In this document: positions 27,611 through 37,405 of the stretch, piece by piece
Layout: every line of letters begins with the position of its first letter
How positions within the stretch are numbered: the first letter of the stretch is position 1
From: Candidatus Velthaea sp.
Lineage (GTDB): Bacteria; Vulcanimicrobiota; Vulcanimicrobiia; Vulcanimicrobiales; Vulcanimicrobiaceae
DNA length: 64,000 nt
Assembly: GCA_965214935.1 (NCBI GenBank)
Contig: CBDCCS010000003.1
Span: forward strand, 135,374 to 199,373
Direction: 5' to 3'
The notes under the pieces: generated by a model
What the model saw: the letters and a program-made list of their open reading frames with translations, nothing else
The model's database searches: none
Told to the model about the DNA's origin: nothing
Position numbers and translations under genes: made by a program

Positions 27611-28798
27611 GTGGACTGGCGATATCTCGCAGTTGCGATGGCCGGAGCGAGCGCGTTCATCGACATGTACGCCACGCAGCCGCTGCTACCCCAACTGCGC
27701 CGCGATTTTGGCGCCTCGGAAGCCGCAGTGGGCGCCACGATCTCGGCACTGACGTTTGCCTGCGCGTTGGCGGCGCCGTTCGTCGGATCGCTCGCCGATC
27801 GTATCGGCCGCAAACGCATCATCGTCACGGCGATTGCATTGCTGGGCGTCGTTACGCTGGCGGCGGCATCGGCAACGACATTGGCGGCGCTCGTTGCTTG
27901 GCGCTTCGTGCAGGGTCTGTTGATGCCGGCAGTGTTTGCCGTGACCCTGGCATACATTGCCGAGGAATTTGAACCGGGTTTCGGCGGCCGCGCCGTCGGT
28001 TCGTATGTCGGCGGCAATGTTTTCGGCGGTTTCCTCGGACGTTATTGTACGGCGCTCATCGCCGATCGCGCGAACTGGCACGTTGCGTTCATCGCTTTGG
28101 GCAGCTTCAATCTTATCGGTGCCGTCGTTGTCGGGGTGGCGTTACCGCGTTCGCGCCATTTCGTAAAGAGCGGTTCGCTCGCTGCTTCGCTGCGTGCAAT
28201 TGCTTCGTTCGTGCGAAACCCCGTGCTTGTAGCGACCGATGCGATCGGCGGTGCGCTGCTGTTTGCGCTGGTCGCTGCTTTCACGTACGCGACGTTTGAG
28301 CTTGCAGCGCCGCCGTTCGGCTTGAGTACCACCGCTCTCGGCAATGTCTTTTGCGTCTACCTATTCGGCGTCGTTGCTACACCGCTCGCCGGAAGACTCA
28401 TCGACCGCTACGGACACCGCACGACCGTTTTGCTGGCGCTCGGGTTAAGTGTCGGCGGCGTCGCGTTGACCCTCGTTGCAAATGTTTCGGCGTTCGTAAC
28501 GGGGCTCGGCGTCATGGCCACCGGCGTTTTCTGCGCATCGTCGGCGACGCAAGGCTATATCGGTGTCGTTGCTTCGGCGCAGCGTTCGACGGCTGCGGCG
28601 CTGTATCTCAGCGTGTACTATACCGGTGGCGGATTGGGCGCCGTCATCCCGGCGGTCGTCTGGAACCACGGCGGTTGGCCGGCGACCGTCGGGCTGATCG
28701 TCGGCGTTCAACTGTTCGCCGCAATGCTGGCGGTGACGATCTGGCCGGCCACGCCCCCCGGCAGACGGCATCGTGCGGTCTCCGATTCGCCGGTGTAA
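27611..28798 (+). CDS. MFS transporter (YnfM-like)
   Basis: YATQPLLP, GSLADRIGRK motif A, AYIAEEF; about 12 TMs. Start GTG 27611 is inferred. Confidence 0.88.
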   Translation: MDWRYLAVAMAGASAFIDMYATQPLLPQLRRDFGASEAAVGATISALTFACALAAPFVGSLADRIGRKRIIVTAIALLGVVTLAAASATTLAALVAWRFVQGLLMPAVFAVTLAYIAEEFEPGFGGRAVGSYVGGNVFGGFLGRYCTALIADRANWHVAFIALGSFNLIGAVVVGVALPRSRHFVKSGSLAASLRAIASFVRNPVLVATDAIGGALLFALVAAFTYATFELAAPPFGLSTTALGNVFCVYLFGVVATPLAGRLIDRYGHRTTVLLALGLSVGGVALTLVANVSAFVTGLGVMATGVFCASSATQGYIGVVASAQRSTAAALYLSVYYTGGGLGAVIPAVVWNHGGWPATVGLIVGVQLFAAMLAVTIWPATPPGRRHRAVSDSPV

Positions 28799-28827
28799 AC
28801 GCGCATGCGCGCACGCACGACAGTATC

Positions 28828-30540
28828 TTATGTTTTATCGGTTACGGCCGCTTGGAGTTCAGCGCTAAATTCGGCGACGCTAATCGGCGGACGTTTCGCA
28901 TCGGAGCCGCGTGCGTTGACGCTCAACGTGCCGTCGGCTAATTCGTTCTTGCCGACGACCAAGATGTAAGGGACTTTTTGCGTTTTCCAATGCCGAATTT
29001 TATAGCCGAGCTTTTCGTTGCTGCTGTCGCCTTCAACGCGGAAGCCGTTCGCGCGGAGTTCGTCCCGTATCCGATAGGCATAGTCGAGCTGATGCTCGGA
29101 GATCGGAACGACGACGGCTTGCACCGGCGCAAGCCAGACCGGGAAATTGCCGCTGAAGTGCTCGATGAGCACGCCCATGAAGCGTTCCATCGATCCGGCC
29201 AACGCGCGATGGATCATGACCGGACGATGATCGCCGCCGTCTGCACCGCGGTACGTAAGCTCGAACCGTTCGGGCAATATAAAGTCGACTTGCACCGTGC
29301 CGAGCTGCCATTTTCGGCCGATCGCATCGTGCAAATTGATGTCGAGTTTCGGACCGTAGAATGCGCCGCCGCCTTCGTCGACGGCATAGGGAAGATTACG
29401 CGATTCAAGCGCGTTTCGGATGGCCGATTCAGCTAGCGGATCGGTCGGCCCGCGGTGTTCGCGCGTCGACAGAAAATACTCGAATTCAGTAAACTTGAAG
29501 GCCCGCATGAGGCGTAGTGCTTCATCGAGCGTTTGCTCGAATTCGCCTTGCAACTGATCGGGCGTGCAAAACAAATGCGCATCGTCTTGCGTAAACCCGC
29601 GCACGCGCGTCAGCCCGTGTAAGGTTCCGCTGCGTTCGAAGCGATAAACCGTGCCGAACTCCGAAAAGCGCAACGGTAAATCGCGGTACGAGTGTGCTTG
29701 CGAGCGATAGATGAGAATATGGCCCGGACAGTTCATCGGTTTTAGCCGAAAGCGCTGACCCTCGACCTCGATTGGACCGAACATCCCGTGGGCGAAGTTC
29801 TCAAGATGCCCGGATATTTCGTAGATACGTTCGTGCACGATGTGCGGCGTAACGACCGGGTCGTAGCCGCGCTCTTTGAGACCCTGGCGGATGAACTCTT
29901 CAACGACGCTGCGGACGATCGTACCCTTGGGGTGCCAGAAGACCAGACCGCCGCCGGCATCTTCTTCGATGCTGTACAAGCCAAGATCCGGTCCGAGTTT
30001 GCGATGGTCGCGCTTTGCCGCTTCTTCGAGGAACGCCAAATATTCATCGAGTTCGCGCTGCGTCGCAAACGCGGTACCGTAGATCCGCTGCAACATCGGT
30101 TTGTGCTCGTCGCCGCGCCAATAAGCGCCCGCGACGCTCATTAATTTAACGGCACCGATGTCGCCCGTGCGCTCGGCGTGACCGCCGCGGCAAAGATCGG
30201 TGAATTCGCCGATCGTGTACAACGTGATCGGATCGCCGTCCGGAATGCCCGCGGCAAGTTCAAGCTTGTATTCGTTTGCCGCATACCGCGCCGCGGCTTC
30301 CTCGCGCGTGACGCGCCGGCCGGTCATCTCAAAATCGGCTGCAACGATCGCGTGCATGCGCGTCTCGAGCGCGGCGAGATCGTCGGGCGTAAACGGCGTC
30401 GGACGGTCGAAATCATAGTAGAAGCCGTTGTCGATTGCCGGCCCGATCGTCGGCTTCGCCTCGGGAAACAAATCTTGTACGGCGTAGGCCAACACGTGGG
30501 CGGCGGTGTGGCGAAGCTCTTCGAGACTGGGCTGACTCAT
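28828..30540 (-). CDS. thrS: Threonyl-tRNA synthetase
   Basis: RHTAAH, DLCRGGH, AGAYWRG, RDHRKLG, KPMNCPGH, RVRGFTQDDAH, FYGPK, MIHRA. Start is ATG 30540 or GTG 30570. Confidence 0.97.
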   Translation of the reverse strand: MSQPSLEELRHTAAHVLAYAVQDLFPEAKPTIGPAIDNGFYYDFDRPTPFTPDDLAALETRMHAIVAADFEMTGRRVTREEAAARYAANEYKLELAAGIPDGDPITLYTIGEFTDLCRGGHAERTGDIGAVKLMSVAGAYWRGDEHKPMLQRIYGTAFATQRELDEYLAFLEEAAKRDHRKLGPDLGLYSIEEDAGGGLVFWHPKGTIVRSVVEEFIRQGLKERGYDPVVTPHIVHERIYEISGHLENFAHGMFGPIEVEGQRFRLKPMNCPGHILIYRSQAHSYRDLPLRFSEFGTVYRFERSGTLHGLTRVRGFTQDDAHLFCTPDQLQGEFEQTLDEALRLMRAFKFTEFEYFLSTREHRGPTDPLAESAIRNALESRNLPYAVDEGGGAFYGPKLDINLHDAIGRKWQLGTVQVDFILPERFELTYRGADGGDHRPVMIHRALAGSMERFMGVLIEHFSGNFPVWLAPVQAVVVPISEHQLDYAYRIRDELRANGFRVEGDSSNEKLGYKIRHWKTQKVPYILVVGKNELADGTLSVNARGSDAKRPPISVAEFSAELQAAVTDKT

Positions 30541-31566
30541 CGCCGAAGCGCTTTCCGGGCTCGGCGGCACGAAGCCTCGGTCTGCTCGGCGCTGCGCCGT
30601 AAGCGCTTGCTATCGCGACGCAATGTTATGGCCTATGACGATCGGCGCCGGTGAAATGCCGCCGGCAATATCTGTGATAGCTAACGTACATCAAGGAGCC
30701 AGGCACAAAGTAGCAGCCTCCGAGCGTTGCACCCGCAGGTAACAACCCAATAGAGAGCCGCCCCGCGCCTGCACCGAGTGCGGCAGGCAAGATCTCGCCG
30801 CGAGCTAAACCTCGATTACGGCACGCTTGAAAATCGAGATCGCGATCCGGCAACGCTTGCTACGGCGTTAACCGCGAAACTTGCTTCGTTGGACCGCCGT
30901 CCGGGCTTGGTTTTTTGAAATCTTCGGCTCGAACCGTTCGCAATTATATATTTGTGAAGTAGTACGTCGTTGTGCTCGAAATTGATTCGTTCTGATGTCG
31001 ATTCATCCGGTCGTCGACGATCTTGTCGCGCGTCTTCCACGTTATCGCCTTCGCTTTAAAGGTTTGCGAATTTCTGCCGGCGTTGCAATTTGACTAGCCC
31101 GTACGATGTTGCACGTTGACCACCGCGAGCAATGTAATATGTTGGCTCGGGTGCTTAACGTCTTGTCATCTTTCTCGACTCTTAGTCGGCTATCGCTCAT
31201 AAACGTGCATAGCCTCGGCGAAACGGTCCTATTGCCGTTTGCAGTAGCACGCGTCTTATTTAGCCGACAGTGTACCGGTTATTGCAATTCTCGATTGATG
31301 TGGTTCACGATGCCGATCGCTCTTGACGGCGATCTGCGCGACTATTCGTGTACAGGCAGCATAGCCGCCCAACATTGAAAGTTTCTCGCCCGGTTGCGCT
31401 TGTTGCCGGATGTCAAGTTTAACATCGGTGCGAGTCGGCCGACGAAAGATGCGGCTAGGCTGCGAGAATCAGCATTTGCTCGGAACTGCAATGCATCGCT
31501 CCGAGCGCCTCAATCAATTATGCGAGTCGGCTTGCATGTAAAAAGCCACGCAGCTGCGGGTTTCAA

Positions 31567-31641
31567 TGGTGCGCGGTGCAAGGATTGAACTTGCGACCCC
31601 CACAGTGTCAATGTGATGCTCTCCCACTGAGCTAACCGCGC
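31567..31641 (-). tRNA. tRNA-Val(GAC)
   Basis: GCGCGGTTAGCTCAGTGGGAGAGCATCACATTGACACTGTGGGGGTCGCAAGTTCAATCCTTGCACCGCGCACCA folds as a cloverleaf; CCA encoded. Confidence 0.95.
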
Positions 31642-31879
31642 ATGCCGACCGGACCGGATCTTATACGCCTCGTTACGGAGCCCATCCTTGTGCCGCTATC
31701 ATTCGGATACCTGAAAACATTCGCCCAAGACGCGACGCTGTACGCTTCGCGGTCGGTATCCGACCGTGTATTGAAGGGCACAAATCGGGCCGAGAGCGTC
31801 GCTCGTACGCCGACGGCGGCAACTCGGCTTAACGACCGACAGCATGCGCAAACGTTTGCTTAGCGAATGCTAAGCGGCG

Positions 31880-33325
31880 ATGTCGAGACTGAAGCGTACG
31901 CCAAAGTGGCCGGTGCTTGCGCTGCTGATTTTCATTGCGCTGCCGGCGACGCCGGGGTCGAGTGCTGCTGCCGATCCGTCTGGACGAGCGATTGATGCTG
32001 CCGCGCTTACGAATTTTCCGGCGCACCCGCATTCGGGTTTCAGCCTGGCCATCGTGCACGGCGGTAAGTTAACGTACATCAAAGGTTACGGCTTTCGCGA
32101 TGACGGCACGCCGGATACGTTCATTCCCGACGATCGTAATTATTACGGCATCTCGGTCGGGCGCGGTTCGTCCGGGCGCAAGCCGGCCGACGCTGACACG
32201 ATCTTCGAGATCGGCTCGGTGACCAAGCAGTTTACGGCAGCGGCGATCTTGCTGCTTGCGCAAGAGCATCGGCTTCAACTCGATGATGCGGTCAACCGGT
32301 ATGCGCCGGAGTACCCGAATTCGGCATTGACCGTACGCATGTTGCTCAATCAGCGCTCCGGTTTGCCCGACTTAAACACGCTCGTTTTCTTGCAGCGCGT
32401 CCATCCGTCGGCGAAACGGGCCGACGGCACGATCGATTCGCTTCTCGTGAGCCGGGAGATTGCCAAACTTCCCGTGCGCTTCGCACCGGATTCGGCGTTC
32501 GAATATAGCAATTCAAATTATTTCGTACTCGGCACGATCGTCGAGCGTATCACCCGTCGTTCGTTGCAAAGGTTTTTATCAGACAAAATCTTCACTCCGT
32601 TGCACATGGATCGTACGGCATATGCCGCCGCTGCGAAAGCAAGCGACGTTGCCGTGGGTTATCGTAACGATGCGAAGGACAACGTGCGGCGCGCTTATCC
32701 GTTCGATCTGCCATGGCTCGGCGGGGCCGGCGCAATCACGTCGACCGCTCGCGACATCGCGCGTTGGGATGCGGCGTTGCTGGACCGCAAGTTACTCGAA
32801 CCCGAGTCCCTGCGCGAAATGTGGCAGGGCCGTGAATCCGGTCGGGGACAGGGATTGTATGCCATGGGCTGGGTGGAAGATGCACTCGGCTCACATCGTT
32901 ACGTCTGGCATAACGGTGAAACGGGCGGGTTTCACGCGCTAAACGTCATCTTTCCCGACGACGCTTTAGCATTTTGTCTGTTGACCAACAATCAAGATGC
33001 GCAACCCGAATTTCTTTTGCCGCAGATTGCTTCGCTGTATTTTCCCGTACGCGGTCTCGATCGCGTCTTGCCGCACTCGGGCGTCGTGCTCGTTGAAGCG
33101 TCGCTCGTCGTGGGGCTCGGCGCACTGGCGATCGCGATCGTCGCGATTGTTACGCTCAAGCGCTTCATCGCGGCGGGAATCGTCGCAGCGGCCGCTGCCC
33201 TCCTGCTCGGCTTTTTTCTACCGAGCATCATCGGGTTCGTCTGGGGCGGTGTTGCCGCGATCGTACCGGTTGCCGCTTACGCGGCTGCCGTGCGCCTCAT
33301 TCTGCCGCGGCGGCGCCCGGCCTGA
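31880..33325 (+). CDS. Serine hydrolase, beta-lactamase class C/AmpC-like, with C-terminal TM helices
   Basis: FEIGSVTK (SxxK), FEYSNSNY (YxN), WHNG; signal peptide and hydrophobic C-terminus. Confidence 0.88.
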   Translation: MSRLKRTPKWPVLALLIFIALPATPGSSAAADPSGRAIDAAALTNFPAHPHSGFSLAIVHGGKLTYIKGYGFRDDGTPDTFIPDDRNYYGISVGRGSSGRKPADADTIFEIGSVTKQFTAAAILLLAQEHRLQLDDAVNRYAPEYPNSALTVRMLLNQRSGLPDLNTLVFLQRVHPSAKRADGTIDSLLVSREIAKLPVRFAPDSAFEYSNSNYFVLGTIVERITRRSLQRFLSDKIFTPLHMDRTAYAAAAKASDVAVGYRNDAKDNVRRAYPFDLPWLGGAGAITSTARDIARWDAALLDRKLLEPESLREMWQGRESGRGQGLYAMGWVEDALGSHRYVWHNGETGGFHALNVIFPDDALAFCLLTNNQDAQPEFLLPQIASLYFPVRGLDRVLPHSGVVLVEASLVVGLGALAIAIVAIVTLKRFIAAGIVAAAAALLLGFFLPSIIGFVWGGVAAIVPVAAYAAAVRLILPRRRPA

Positions 33326-33350
33326 AATGTAACTTCACTTAGGAGCAACC

Positions 33351-33743
33351 ATGCCCGTTCGCTATAGCGCAATAATTCCGGTCTTGCTTGTCGCGCAGGT
33401 TCAACCAACGCGTTCGTTCTTTGTCGACCGGCTTGGCTTTGCGGTCAGCGCAGACGTCCAATTCGAAGGGCACCTCGGATCTTCGGTCGTGCACCGGGAC
33501 GACGTCCGGTTGAAGATACAGGCCGAGGCGGTATTTCGCGCGGACACCGGGGAGCGGTCGGTGCCCGGTCCGTACACAGCGCTCACTTACGTCGAGATCG
33601 ATGACATTGGTGTGCTCGTTCCGGAAATTATCGACGCCGATATCGTGATACCGTTGCGCCGGACGGCGAACGGTATGCATGAGATCGGCGTTCGCGAACC
33701 GGGCGGTAACATTCTCATGTTCGCATCGCCGCTGCGCGCTTAG
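33351..33743 (+). CDS. VOC/glyoxalase family protein
   Basis: FFVDRLGF, YVEIDDI, GMHEIGVREPGGNILMF; AGGAG RBS. Confidence 0.82.
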   Translation: MPVRYSAIIPVLLVAQVQPTRSFFVDRLGFAVSADVQFEGHLGSSVVHRDDVRLKIQAEAVFRADTGERSVPGPYTALTYVEIDDIGVLVPEIIDADIVIPLRRTANGMHEIGVREPGGNILMFASPLRA

Positions 33744-34858
33744 GCCTTGCCTTTCTTTTTTGCGCCACGGACCGACTTTGCCAGGAGATCACCAAGATGT
33801 TTGTTCTCATCCCGCGTAATGAGTTTCTCGATAAAGGCGAGCACGCGCGTTTCGTCTCCGCTTAGCGCATGAGCGGACGCGGCGGCTGATTGACGAGTTT
33901 TTTCCTCGATGAGTTCGAGGCCCCCGTTGGCTAAAAATTCGTCGATGACGCCGGGGTGAATGTACGACTTCCGGCAGACTGCGGGCGTATTGCCGAGCCG
34001 CTCGGACACGGCCTTGATTGCAGCAACGACACGGGCTTTACCGTCCGTCTTCGTGTCAACGCGTTCGGAGGCAAGCGCAAGTGCGCAGGCGAGCGTGCCT
34101 TCCCACGTGCGGAAATCTTTAGCGGTAAAATCGTCGTTGCTGATCGTGCGTAAATAGTCGTTGACGTCCTGCGATGAGATCGTCGCCGGTTCACCGTCAT
34201 CGTCGATATAATGGAAGAGCTCTTGGCCCGGGATGTCGCGTACCTGACGGATGATCCGGGCAAGCTTTTTATCGCGGATGCTGACTTTATGGTCGCGACC
34301 GCTTTTTCCGCGAAAGCTGAACCGGACCGTGTCGCCGCTGATGGTGACATGATCTTCCTGCATCGTGGTTAAGCCGTACGAGTCGTTCTGCTTGGCATAC
34401 TCTTCATTGCCGACGCGGATCATCGTCGACTCCAGTAGCGAAACGACCGTTGCCAGCACCTTGTCGCGTGACAGGCCGGGTTTTGCTAAGTCGCGACTGA
34501 CTGCTTCGCGAATCAACGGCAGCGCTTTGGCAAAGGCGATCATGCGATCGAACTTCGTCTCGTCACGCACCTCGCGCCAACGCGGATGGTAGCGATATTG
34601 TTTGCGCCCGCGCGCGTCGCGACCGGTCGCCTGCAAGTGGCCGCGCGGGTCAGGCGAGATCCAGACGTCGGCATAGGCCGGCGGGATCGCCAGCTTTTTG
34701 ATGCGCGCGATCTCCGTTTCGTTTTTGATCGGTTTTCCGTCCACACCGACGTAGCCAAATCCCTCGCGCCGCTTGACGCGGCGAATCCCGGGGCGATCGT
34801 CCGTTACATAGCGCAAACCGGCAGCTTTGGCCGATTCGACCGGTTCCATCGTCGTCAC
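33740..34858 (-). CDS. DNA topoisomerase IB (bacterial type)
   Basis: LAIPPAYADVWI, GRDARGRKQYRYH, IRVGNEEY, FRGKSG, KDFRTW, LGNTPAVCRKSYIHP. Confidence 0.93.
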   Translation of the reverse strand: MTTMEPVESAKAAGLRYVTDDRPGIRRVKRREGFGYVGVDGKPIKNETEIARIKKLAIPPAYADVWISPDPRGHLQATGRDARGRKQYRYHPRWREVRDETKFDRMIAFAKALPLIREAVSRDLAKPGLSRDKVLATVVSLLESTMIRVGNEEYAKQNDSYGLTTMQEDHVTISGDTVRFSFRGKSGRDHKVSIRDKKLARIIRQVRDIPGQELFHYIDDDGEPATISSQDVNDYLRTISNDDFTAKDFRTWEGTLACALALASERVDTKTDGKARVVAAIKAVSERLGNTPAVCRKSYIHPGVIDEFLANGGLELIEEKTRQSAAASAHALSGDETRVLAFIEKLITRDENKHLGDLLAKSVRGAKKKGKA

Positions 34859-35460
34859 AACAAGCGTTGTACCCGCCCGTCATATGTTAGTCGCGCCGCT
34901 TCGCGCCGAACGCCTGGGGTCGGAACGTGCTCGGCGGACATTGCGCCGACAAGGTGCGTGACGCTTCCGCCATGCAGGAGGACGATCGCATCTGCGATGA
35001 GACGTCGATGGCACCGCCACCAAAGCGTTTCAGAACAAAAGATGGCCGTCGGCCGATCGGCGGCGAGCATCATGAGATCGAGCAACGCAGCGCTGAACTC
35101 GGCTGTCTGCATAAAATCCGCATAGCCGCGGAACGACGCGTTGCGAAGCGCGACATTGGGCGAATTCACGATTGGTTCCCGGCGGCCACCCAGCTCGGGC
35201 AGCGATTGGTACTCGATGTTCGACTGGGGCAACGATTGTCGTAACGCATCAGCGTTGAACTGCGGATGAAGGCGGCTGCCCGGATAGCGCCGCACGTCCG
35301 CCGCAGACGCGATACCGGCTGCACGCAGGTGAGTGGCAAACGCCGCGCCGTCGAGGGTCCCGTGTCCGATCGAAAACAGATGGATCTGCACGAGACAGGC
35401 GTTCTCCAAGGAACAAGCGTGCGGCCTCGCCAACGGCCGCGAACGCTTGCCCCGCGTCAA
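34855..35460 (-). CDS. DUF488 family protein
   Basis: SIGHGT, DVRRYPGSR, LGGRR, FRGYADFM, CSETLWWRCHRRLIAD. The true start is probably about 70 nt downstream. Confidence 0.85.
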   Translation of the reverse strand: MTRGKRSRPLARPHACSLENACLVQIHLFSIGHGTLDGAAFATHLRAAGIASAADVRRYPGSRLHPQFNADALRQSLPQSNIEYQSLPELGGRREPIVNSPNVALRNASFRGYADFMQTAEFSAALLDLMMLAADRPTAIFCSETLWWRCHRRLIADAIVLLHGGSVTHLVGAMSAEHVPTPGVRREAARLTYDGRVQRLL

Positions 35461-35595
35461 CCAAAGAAGTCGCGCCGATTAGGCGGGCAGTCGTTCGACC
35501 TCAAGCGCATGAGCCGGTGTCGGCGACGCCGCAGATACGCTACTCGACCGGTACCGGTGTCGTCGGCTCGTTTTCGACCGGTGTATACTTGCGGT

Positions 35596-35958
35596 ATGTG
35601 CAGATCGATCCGTCCGTTATTCAATTTCGAGCCCGCAGCGACGGACGCCGACATTCGGGCGGCTTCGCTCCAATTCGTTCGTAAACTGTCCGGGTTCAAT
35701 CGTCCTTCACAGGCGAATGAGGCTGCGTTCGATCGCGCGGTCGATGACGTATCGAGCGCTGCAAGCACCCTGCTTGAGGCGCTCGTAACACGCTCGGCTC
35801 CGGCCGATCGTGAGGTTTGGGGCGCACGAGCAAAGGCTCGTGCTTACCGCCGGTACAACAGCCGGCCAGCGGCTGACGCGATTGAGGCCGATTCTGCATC
35901 CGTGCAACACGGTCACGAACATATCGCAGAACATCCGAAACTGAACGCCGCCGTCTAG
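35596..35958 (+). CDS. DUF2277 family protein (leaderless)
   Basis: MCRSIRPLFNFEPAATDADIRAASLQFVRKLSG; TATACT at 35584-35589, 6 nt before the ATG. Confidence 0.8.
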   Translation: MCRSIRPLFNFEPAATDADIRAASLQFVRKLSGFNRPSQANEAAFDRAVDDVSSAASTLLEALVTRSAPADREVWGARAKARAYRRYNSRPAADAIEADSASVQHGHEHIAEHPKLNAAV

Positions 35959-36164
35959 ATCGCAGCAAGGCGAAGCCCGGTCGTCGCAACCAGACTGTGC
36001 GACGCAAAGCAGGCACGGAATTCGCAACTGTGGATGCAGCCCAGGCGTCGCGCAAGTGCGACGCGCGATTCGATTGCTGTTACTGACCGACGTCTGCCAA
36101 CCTTGGCATTGGATTGGGGCGTGACTCGATCCGTCGAAGCCGGTGAGAACAGCCGAATCTGCAC

Positions 36165-36194
36165 TAGACAGGCGTTCTCCGAAGCTTGTATAAT
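36165..36194 (+). promoter_or_regulatory. Sigma70-type promoter of the tRNA-Val/Asp operon
   Basis: TAGACA-N18-TATAAT, 17 nt upstream of the tRNA. Confidence 0.65.
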
Positions 36195-36211
36195 CCCGAA
36201 GTTCGCCGGGC

Positions 36212-36286
36212 GGGCGCGTAGCTCAGTGGGAGAGCATCCGCTTCACACGCGGGGGGTCGTTGGTTCAATCCCAACCGTGCCCACCA
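36212..36286 (+). tRNA. tRNA-Val(CAC)
   Basis: GGGCGCGTAGCTCAGTGGGAGAGC...CCGC-TTCACAC-GCGG...GGTTCAATCC...GCCCACCA. Confidence 0.95.
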
Positions 36287-36320
36287 TCATGGTGCCGCTC
36301 CGGCTAAGTGGTCTGGATCT

Positions 36321-36397
36321 GACGCAGTAGCTCAGTTGGTTAGAGCGCCGCCCTGTCACGGCGGAGGTCGAGGGTTCGAGCCCCTTCTGCGTCGCCA
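36321..36397 (+). tRNA. tRNA-Asp(GTC)
   Basis: GACGCAGTAGCTCAGTTGGTTAGAGC...CCGCC-CTGTCAC-GGCGG...GGTTCGAGCC...GCGTCGCCA. Confidence 0.95.
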
Positions 36398-36975
36398 GTG
36401 CAAACGCCGTCCATCTCTTGTAGAGGCCGGTTCGTTCGCCGTTGGTAGCACGCGACGCATGCGTTCACGACGTTGGAATGGAGAGTTCTTGCGAAGCAAT
36501 CGAAAGAGTGTGAGCTGTCGCTCTCGATCGGTATTGAAATTGCGCATTGTCGGCAGTGAGGTTATTTCCAAGCGTTTCTAGACTGATAGCCGCGCAAATC
36601 TGCTTCGCGCAAAGGATGTTGCCGCAGGGGTCCGGGCTCGATCGACTGGATCCGACGGTGAAACTCGCGCGTTTTCGCAGGCGAAAGACGGCGTCCGTTG
36701 GCGATTCGATATTTTGTAATGACCGGTTTGACATACTGCCCCGTAACATCACCTTGTGAGCAGCGGCGCTACGCGGAGTTCTGTTCCACGGGCAGGTCGG
36801 AAGTGCAATCATCTGTGAAGGCGCAAGCCCTTGAATTGAACAAATAACCACGCGCACGATGCGACACTGGACATCTTGTCTTGACGTAAAGCGAAAGCTG
36901 CCGTCGAAACGGACGCCGCATCGTTCATTGCCATCCGGTACGGAGTGAGCGCACTCCCGAAGGAACATATCGTTT

Positions 36976-37048
36976 GCCGAGATAGCTCAGTCGGTAGAGC
37001 ACAGGTCTGAAAAACCTGGTGTCGCCAGTTCGATTCTGGCTCTCGGCA
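36976..37048 (+). tRNA. tRNA-Phe(GAA), CCA not encoded
   Basis: GCCGAGATAGCTCAGTCGGTAGAGCA-CAGGT-CTGAAAA-ACCTG...GTTCGATT...CTCGGCA. Confidence 0.93.
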
Positions 37049-37053
37049 CATTT

Positions 37054-37088
37054 AAAGCCCCGGCCTTTTCGGAGGACGGGGCTTTTTT
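37054..37088 (+). terminator. Rho-independent terminator after tRNA-Phe
   Basis: AAAGCCCCG...CGGGGCTTT stem followed by a T-tract. Confidence 0.85.
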
Positions 37089-37405
37089 ATTATCCTCGAC
37101 AGCGTGCGGTTCCGATGTTCCGAAGAAGAGCCCAGCCCGCTATACGCATCGATTGTCGTCGTAGTCTATGATGCTATCTCAAGTTCGGCGTTCGAGTTGA
37201 CCGCATAGCCGGCTTGCGGCAATGGCGTCATGCGCGTCAGCTGAGAACGTACCGATGAAGCCGTCGCGACTTCATCGTCCTTCGTAGATGAAGAACGCAT
37301 CTTTAATCTTGTCGCCGACCGGACAAAACGCGCGATGGATGTTCAATCTCTCAGATGAGCAATGTTCGAGTACCACTGTGGCTGATAAAGCGTTTCAGCC
37401 GTGGC

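Noticed and set aside
30570..31000. T-box riboswitch upstream of thrS
   Set aside because: No GGTGG-ACC-GCG-like T-box or terminator/antiterminator was found on the minus strand by eye.
33740..34858. Tyrosine recombinase/integrase of a tRNA-integrated element
   Set aside because: Motifs are those of topoisomerase IB; no att duplication or other mobility genes were seen.
36034..37051. Short ORFs overlapping the tRNA cluster
   Set aside because: Translations of tRNA genes or their antisense strands.
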